Positions 60,271 through 64,000 of a DNA stretch of 64,000 nt are shown here, piece by piece (position 1 is the first letter of the stretch; each line of letters starts with the position of its first letter). The translations under genes and the position numbers were made by a program. A model generated the notes under the pieces. It worked only from the letters and a program-made list of their open reading frames with translations. It ran no database searches and was not told the origin of the DNA. Source of the DNA: an uncultured Lachnospiraceae bacterium (GTDB lineage: Bacteria; Bacillota; Clostridia; Eubacteriales; Eubacteriaceae). The stretch spans positions 791 through 64,790 of the forward strand of contig CAZWEU010000004.1 in assembly GCA_964632785.1 (NCBI GenBank), written 5' to 3'.

Positions 60271-62148
60271 CTATCCTTGCTTGATGGGCTTTTTTAAAAT
60301 GGCTAGCATAACCATTGTCGCAGCTGAACCAGCGATCAAAGCGACCAGATACCAGAGGGGATTACCAACAACGGGGAAAACAAAAACGCCGCCATGGGGT
60401 GCCATTAAGGTACAGCCGAAAAACATCGAGAGACCACCGGCTAAAGCGGAGCCGACAATACAAGCGGGAATGACCCGAAGAGGATCAGCTGAGGCAAAGG
60501 GAATTGCCCCTTCGGTGATAAAGGACAAGCCCATAATGTAATTGGCCAAGCCAGCATCGCGTTCCTTTTTATTAAAGCGGTTTCTAAAAAAAGTAGTTGC
60601 TAGGGCAATACCCAGTGGTGGGACCATCCCACCGACCATGACGGCGGCCATGATTTCATATTGGCCAGAAGCCAAGGAGGCGGTGCCAAAAACATAAGCA
60701 GCCTTATTAATGGGACCACCCATATCGATGGCCATCATGCCACCTAATATTAAGCCAAGGACAACCTTGCTTGATTCACCCATGCTATTTAAGGCACCGG
60801 TCATCCAGGTGTTAATACTGGCTACCGGTGGATTAATGACAAAGATAATGATAACACCAATAAGGAGTATTCCGAAAAAGGGATAGAGTAAGATCGGTTT
60901 AATCCCTTCCAAGCTATCGGGCAATTTGGAAAAGACTTTTTTTAGGCCGAGGACTAAGTAACCGGCAGCAAAACCGGCCAGTAAGGCCCCGAGAAAACCT
61001 GAGCCACCGGTATTAGCCAGCATACCGCCGACAAAGCCAACGGCTAGGGCTGGTCGATCACCAATACTCATGGCAATGTAGCCGGCTAAAACGGGCAGCA
61101 TAAAGGCAAAGGCAGTTCCTCCGACCGTATTTAAAAAGGCGGCCAGTGGGGTATTGCTACCAAAGTTTGACGGATCGATGGAAAAATCATCAAACAAGAA
61201 GGCTAAGGCGATGAGGATTCCTCCTCCGATAACAAAGGGAAGCATATGGGAAACCCCATTCATCAGGTCTTTATAGATTTTTCGCCCGACCCCTTCTTTG
61301 TCAGTCGCTTCATTTGCTTGACTAGTCATCTCGCCTTGATAGATGGGGGCCTTGCCACTTAAGGCTAATTCTAATAGTTCTTTTGATTGATGGATACCAT
61401 CGGCGACTTTTCGAATAATCACCGGTTTTCCATTAAAGCGATTGAGTTCAACATTTTTATCAGCCGTAACGATGATCGCATCGGCTTTTTCGATCTCTTT
61501 AGCGGTTAGCTTATTTTTGATCCCACCCGACCCGTCGGTTTCAACCTTGATGTTAATTCCCATTTGATCGGCTGAATTTTGCAGACTTTCAGCGGCCATA
61601 TAGGTGTGGGCGATGCCGGTTGGGCAGGCGGTAACGGCTAAGATCTGGGGGCTTTCTTTTTTAGCTGAGGCCGCCACTTCAGCGGGAAATTTTTCTTGTT
61701 CTTTTTGATCGATTAAGTCTAAAAATTCAACAGGTGTTTTAGCGGCAATTAATCGTTGACGAAAGGCCCCATCCATTAGAATCGTCGATAAACGACTCAG
61801 AACTTCCAAGTGAAGATTGTTGGCTTCTTCCGGTGCAGCAATCATAAAGATCAGATAGACAGGTTGACCATCTAAGGAGGCAAAATCACTCCCCTCTTTA
61901 ATGACCATAGCCGCGAGACCAGGCTTAGTGACAACGGTTGAGCGTCCGTGGGGAATGGCAACACCGTCACCAATCCCTGTCGTTCCCTCTTCCTCTCGTT
62001 TCATCACCGCTTCTTTAAAGAGACGGGAGTCGGTGATAACACCGGTTTTGGCCATTTGCTCAACTAAGTGGTCGATCAAAACTTCTTTGGCTGCTGCTTT
62101 TGCTTCTAAATTAATGCCTTGGGCTTTTAGTAAATCACTAATTTTCAT
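60271..62148 (-). CDS. fruA: PTS fructose-specific EIIABC
   Basis: EIIA VAIPHG, EIIB ACPTGIAHTYMA, EIIC DMGGPINKAA. Confidence 0.96.
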   Translation of the reverse strand: MKISDLLKAQGINLEAKAAAKEVLIDHLVEQMAKTGVITDSRLFKEAVMKREEEGTTGIGDGVAIPHGRSTVVTKPGLAAMVIKEGSDFASLDGQPVYLIFMIAAPEEANNLHLEVLSRLSTILMDGAFRQRLIAAKTPVEFLDLIDQKEQEKFPAEVAASAKKESPQILAVTACPTGIAHTYMAAESLQNSADQMGINIKVETDGSGGIKNKLTAKEIEKADAIIVTADKNVELNRFNGKPVIIRKVADGIHQSKELLELALSGKAPIYQGEMTSQANEATDKEGVGRKIYKDLMNGVSHMLPFVIGGGILIALAFLFDDFSIDPSNFGSNTPLAAFLNTVGGTAFAFMLPVLAGYIAMSIGDRPALAVGFVGGMLANTGGSGFLGALLAGFAAGYLVLGLKKVFSKLPDSLEGIKPILLYPFFGILLIGVIIIFVINPPVASINTWMTGALNSMGESSKVVLGLILGGMMAIDMGGPINKAAYVFGTASLASGQYEIMAAVMVGGMVPPLGIALATTFFRNRFNKKERDAGLANYIMGLSFITEGAIPFASADPLRVIPACIVGSALAGGLSMFFGCTLMAPHGGVFVFPVVGNPLWYLVALIAGSAATMVMLAILKKPIKQG

Positions 62149-62160
62149 ACTTTCTCCTTT

Positions 62161-63069
62161 TTACTCAAGTGCTGCAAGCACTTGACTTACCTGTTCTTTG
62201 TTTGCCAATTGGTCGGAAAAGGCTGAGGCACTACCGGTAGCTACGCCCCACTTAAAGGCTTCTTGGTAGTCTTGATGCCTTAGATAACCAGCTAGAAAAC
62301 CGGCGACCATGGAATCTCCGGCCCCGACCGAGTTTTTCACTTGGCCGACGGGAGCTGGCATTTGGTGGTGGACCCGGTCGTCTTGGTCGATCAAAATGGC
62401 CCCGTCTTTGGCCAAGGAGATAAGGACGTTTTGGGCCCCTTGGTCCTTTAGCTTCTGGCCATGGGCGATGATTTCCGCATTGGTCGTAAAAACCGTGTTA
62501 AAGAGGCCTTCGAGTTCCTGTTTATTGGGTTTAATTAAAAAGGGGCGATAGCTTAAAACCTTGTAAAGGAGGTCTTTGCTAGCATCGACAATAATATGAA
62601 TGCCGCGATTCTCCAAGCGTTTCATAATTTTTTCATAAGTATCTTCGGGCAAGGAGGCGGGGATGCTGCCGGCTAAGACTAAAAAATCACCGGCTTTAAT
62701 TAAATCTAATTTTTCAAAAAGTTTCTCCCTTTCACAGTCTAAAAGGTGGGGACCAACTCCATTGATCTCACTTTCGACGACTGACTTAATCTTAACATTA
62801 ACCCGAGATTGGCCGGAGGCAATGTTTACAAAATCAGTGTAACAGCCAAAGGCCTTAAGGCGTTTATCGATTTCTTGGCCGGTAAAACCGCCGATAAAGC
62901 CAAGGGCGACATTGGCAAGGCCCAAGTTTTTTAAGACCATGGAGACATTAATCCCTTTTCCGCCAGCATAGATGGCGTCCCATTGGCTGCGGTTGACTTG
63001 ACCTTCCCTAAAGTGGTCCAAGCCGACGATATAATCAAGGGATGGGTTAAAGGTTACGGTGTAGATCAT
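62161..63069 (-). CDS. fruK: 1-phosphofructokinase
   Basis: YTVTFNPSLD, GGKGINVS, IKPN, NSVGAGDS. Confidence 0.95.
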   Translation of the reverse strand: MIYTVTFNPSLDYIVGLDHFREGQVNRSQWDAIYAGGKGINVSMVLKNLGLANVALGFIGGFTGQEIDKRLKAFGCYTDFVNIASGQSRVNVKIKSVVESEINGVGPHLLDCEREKLFEKLDLIKAGDFLVLAGSIPASLPEDTYEKIMKRLENRGIHIIVDASKDLLYKVLSYRPFLIKPNKQELEGLFNTVFTTNAEIIAHGQKLKDQGAQNVLISLAKDGAILIDQDDRVHHQMPAPVGQVKNSVGAGDSMVAGFLAGYLRHQDYQEAFKWGVATGSASAFSDQLANKEQVSQVLAALE

Positions 63070-63818
63070 TGGTCATTTACCTCCATAATTTTTGTTTTTT
63101 TGCGGTAACCTTGGTGGGCCAGAGTCGTTGTAATAATAGTCGCTTGGGACAAAGTGCCAAAACGGACCGGGGCGATTTGATCAAATTTTGAGGGGTCGGC
63201 CAGAACATAGGCCTGCTTGCAAGCAAGTAAGGTTTCTCTTTTAACTTGGGCTTCATTGGGGTCGGGGGTTGTATAGCCGCGGTCATAATCGATCCCATTG
63301 GTGCCAAAGAAGCCTTTGGAAAAATGATACTTAGACAGATTAGTCAGGGCTTCATTACCAATGACAGCATGGGTAAGGTCTTTGATTTGCCCGCCAATGA
63401 TGAAGGTTTTTAATCCTCTTTGAACCAAAGCCTTGGCAATATCTAGGCTGTTGGTAACAAAGCTTGCCAGTGGCGCATGGATAAAAGCGACCATAGCTTG
63501 GGTCGTTGTACCGGCATCAATGTAGATAAAATCATCGGGATCAATTAAAGAAGCGGCGTATTTGCCAATGGCCTGTTTTTCATTTTGAAAACGGTCACGC
63601 CTAAGAATCAGGGAATCATCTTGTAAGGTCAGACAAGGATTAACTCGACTAGCACCACCATGGATCTTTCGCAATTTTTTCTCCTGGTCAAGAAAACTTA
63701 AGTCACGACGGATGGTTGATTCTGATGTCTTTAAGATTTTTGCTAATTCAAGAACTTTAACTGTCCCTTTTTCCTCTAAAGCTTTCAAAATTAACCGATA
63801 ACGTTCTTCATTTAACAT
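63066..63818 (-). CDS. fruR: DeoR-family fructose operon repressor
   Basis: SESTIRRDL HTH, IDAGTTT, upstream of fruK-fruA. Confidence 0.93.
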   Translation of the reverse strand: MLNEERYRLILKALEEKGTVKVLELAKILKTSESTIRRDLSFLDQEKKLRKIHGGASRVNPCLTLQDDSLILRRDRFQNEKQAIGKYAASLIDPDDFIYIDAGTTTQAMVAFIHAPLASFVTNSLDIAKALVQRGLKTFIIGGQIKDLTHAVIGNEALTNLSKYHFSKGFFGTNGIDYDRGYTTPDPNEAQVKRETLLACKQAYVLADPSKFDQIAPVRFGTLSQATIITTTLAHQGYRKKTKIMEVNDQ

Positions 63819-63838
63819 TTTCTCACCTCTTTAAGAAG

Positions 63839-63920
63839 ATAATACCAGCATTATCAGTCAAAGTCAAGCACAAACAGTCATAAATATATTTTTATAGTCA
63901 AATAAAATCAAATTCAATCA
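63839..63920 (-). promoter_or_regulatory. fruRKA promoter with 10-bp-periodic FruR operator repeats
   Basis: TTGACT-17-TATTAT; repeats TGATTGAATT TGATTTTATT TGACTATAAA ... TGACTGTTTG ... TGACTGATAA in 10-bp register. Confidence 0.75.
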
Positions 63921-64000
63921 TCTATACTTTTTATCAAAGCTTCAAAAACTTTCCTTAACTTGTAATTTTTATGTAAATTTTGTAAACAAAACAGTTGAAA

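Overview
This window is the chromosomal replication-origin region of a low-GC, anaerobic, Clostridia-like Bacillota. Its core is the canonical oriC block: dnaB-rplI-gdpP-yybS, rpsF-ssb-rpsR, parB-parA with two parS sites, rsmG-mnmG-mnmE-jag-yidC-yidD-rnpA-rpmH, then dnaA-dnaN-yaaA-recF-gyrB-gyrA. DnaA-box clusters lie on both sides of dnaA and a DnaA-trio unwinding element follows it. The left flank holds partial rlmD, a small redox cluster (thioredoxin, flavoprotein, and rubredoxin and ferredoxin that the ORF track missed), yaaO-tmk-holB-yaaT, an Mbh-order Mrp Na+/H+ antiporter operon, a cobalamin-riboswitch ABC transporter, and rsmI-metG. The right flank holds rpe, nagD, pepV, birA-bioY, an MBL-fold lipoprotein, an arylsulfotransferase-like protein, metQ, a two-component system with a divergent secreted Gly/Cys-rich protein, cobT-paaK-ACT and fruRKA. 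I saw no mobile elements, CRISPR arrays or rRNA/tRNA genes. Best second-look items: the two-component system with its Gly-rich partner and tandem operator; a 27-aa deletion relic of a binding-protein gene behind the B12 riboswitch; a T7 frameshift in mrpG; Ile at the GyrA Ser83-equivalent position; an apparently catalytically dead ASST; a T-box-like attenuator without stem I before metG; and a DUF2007-like gene in the darA slot. All family calls are from motif recognition by eye, not database searches.
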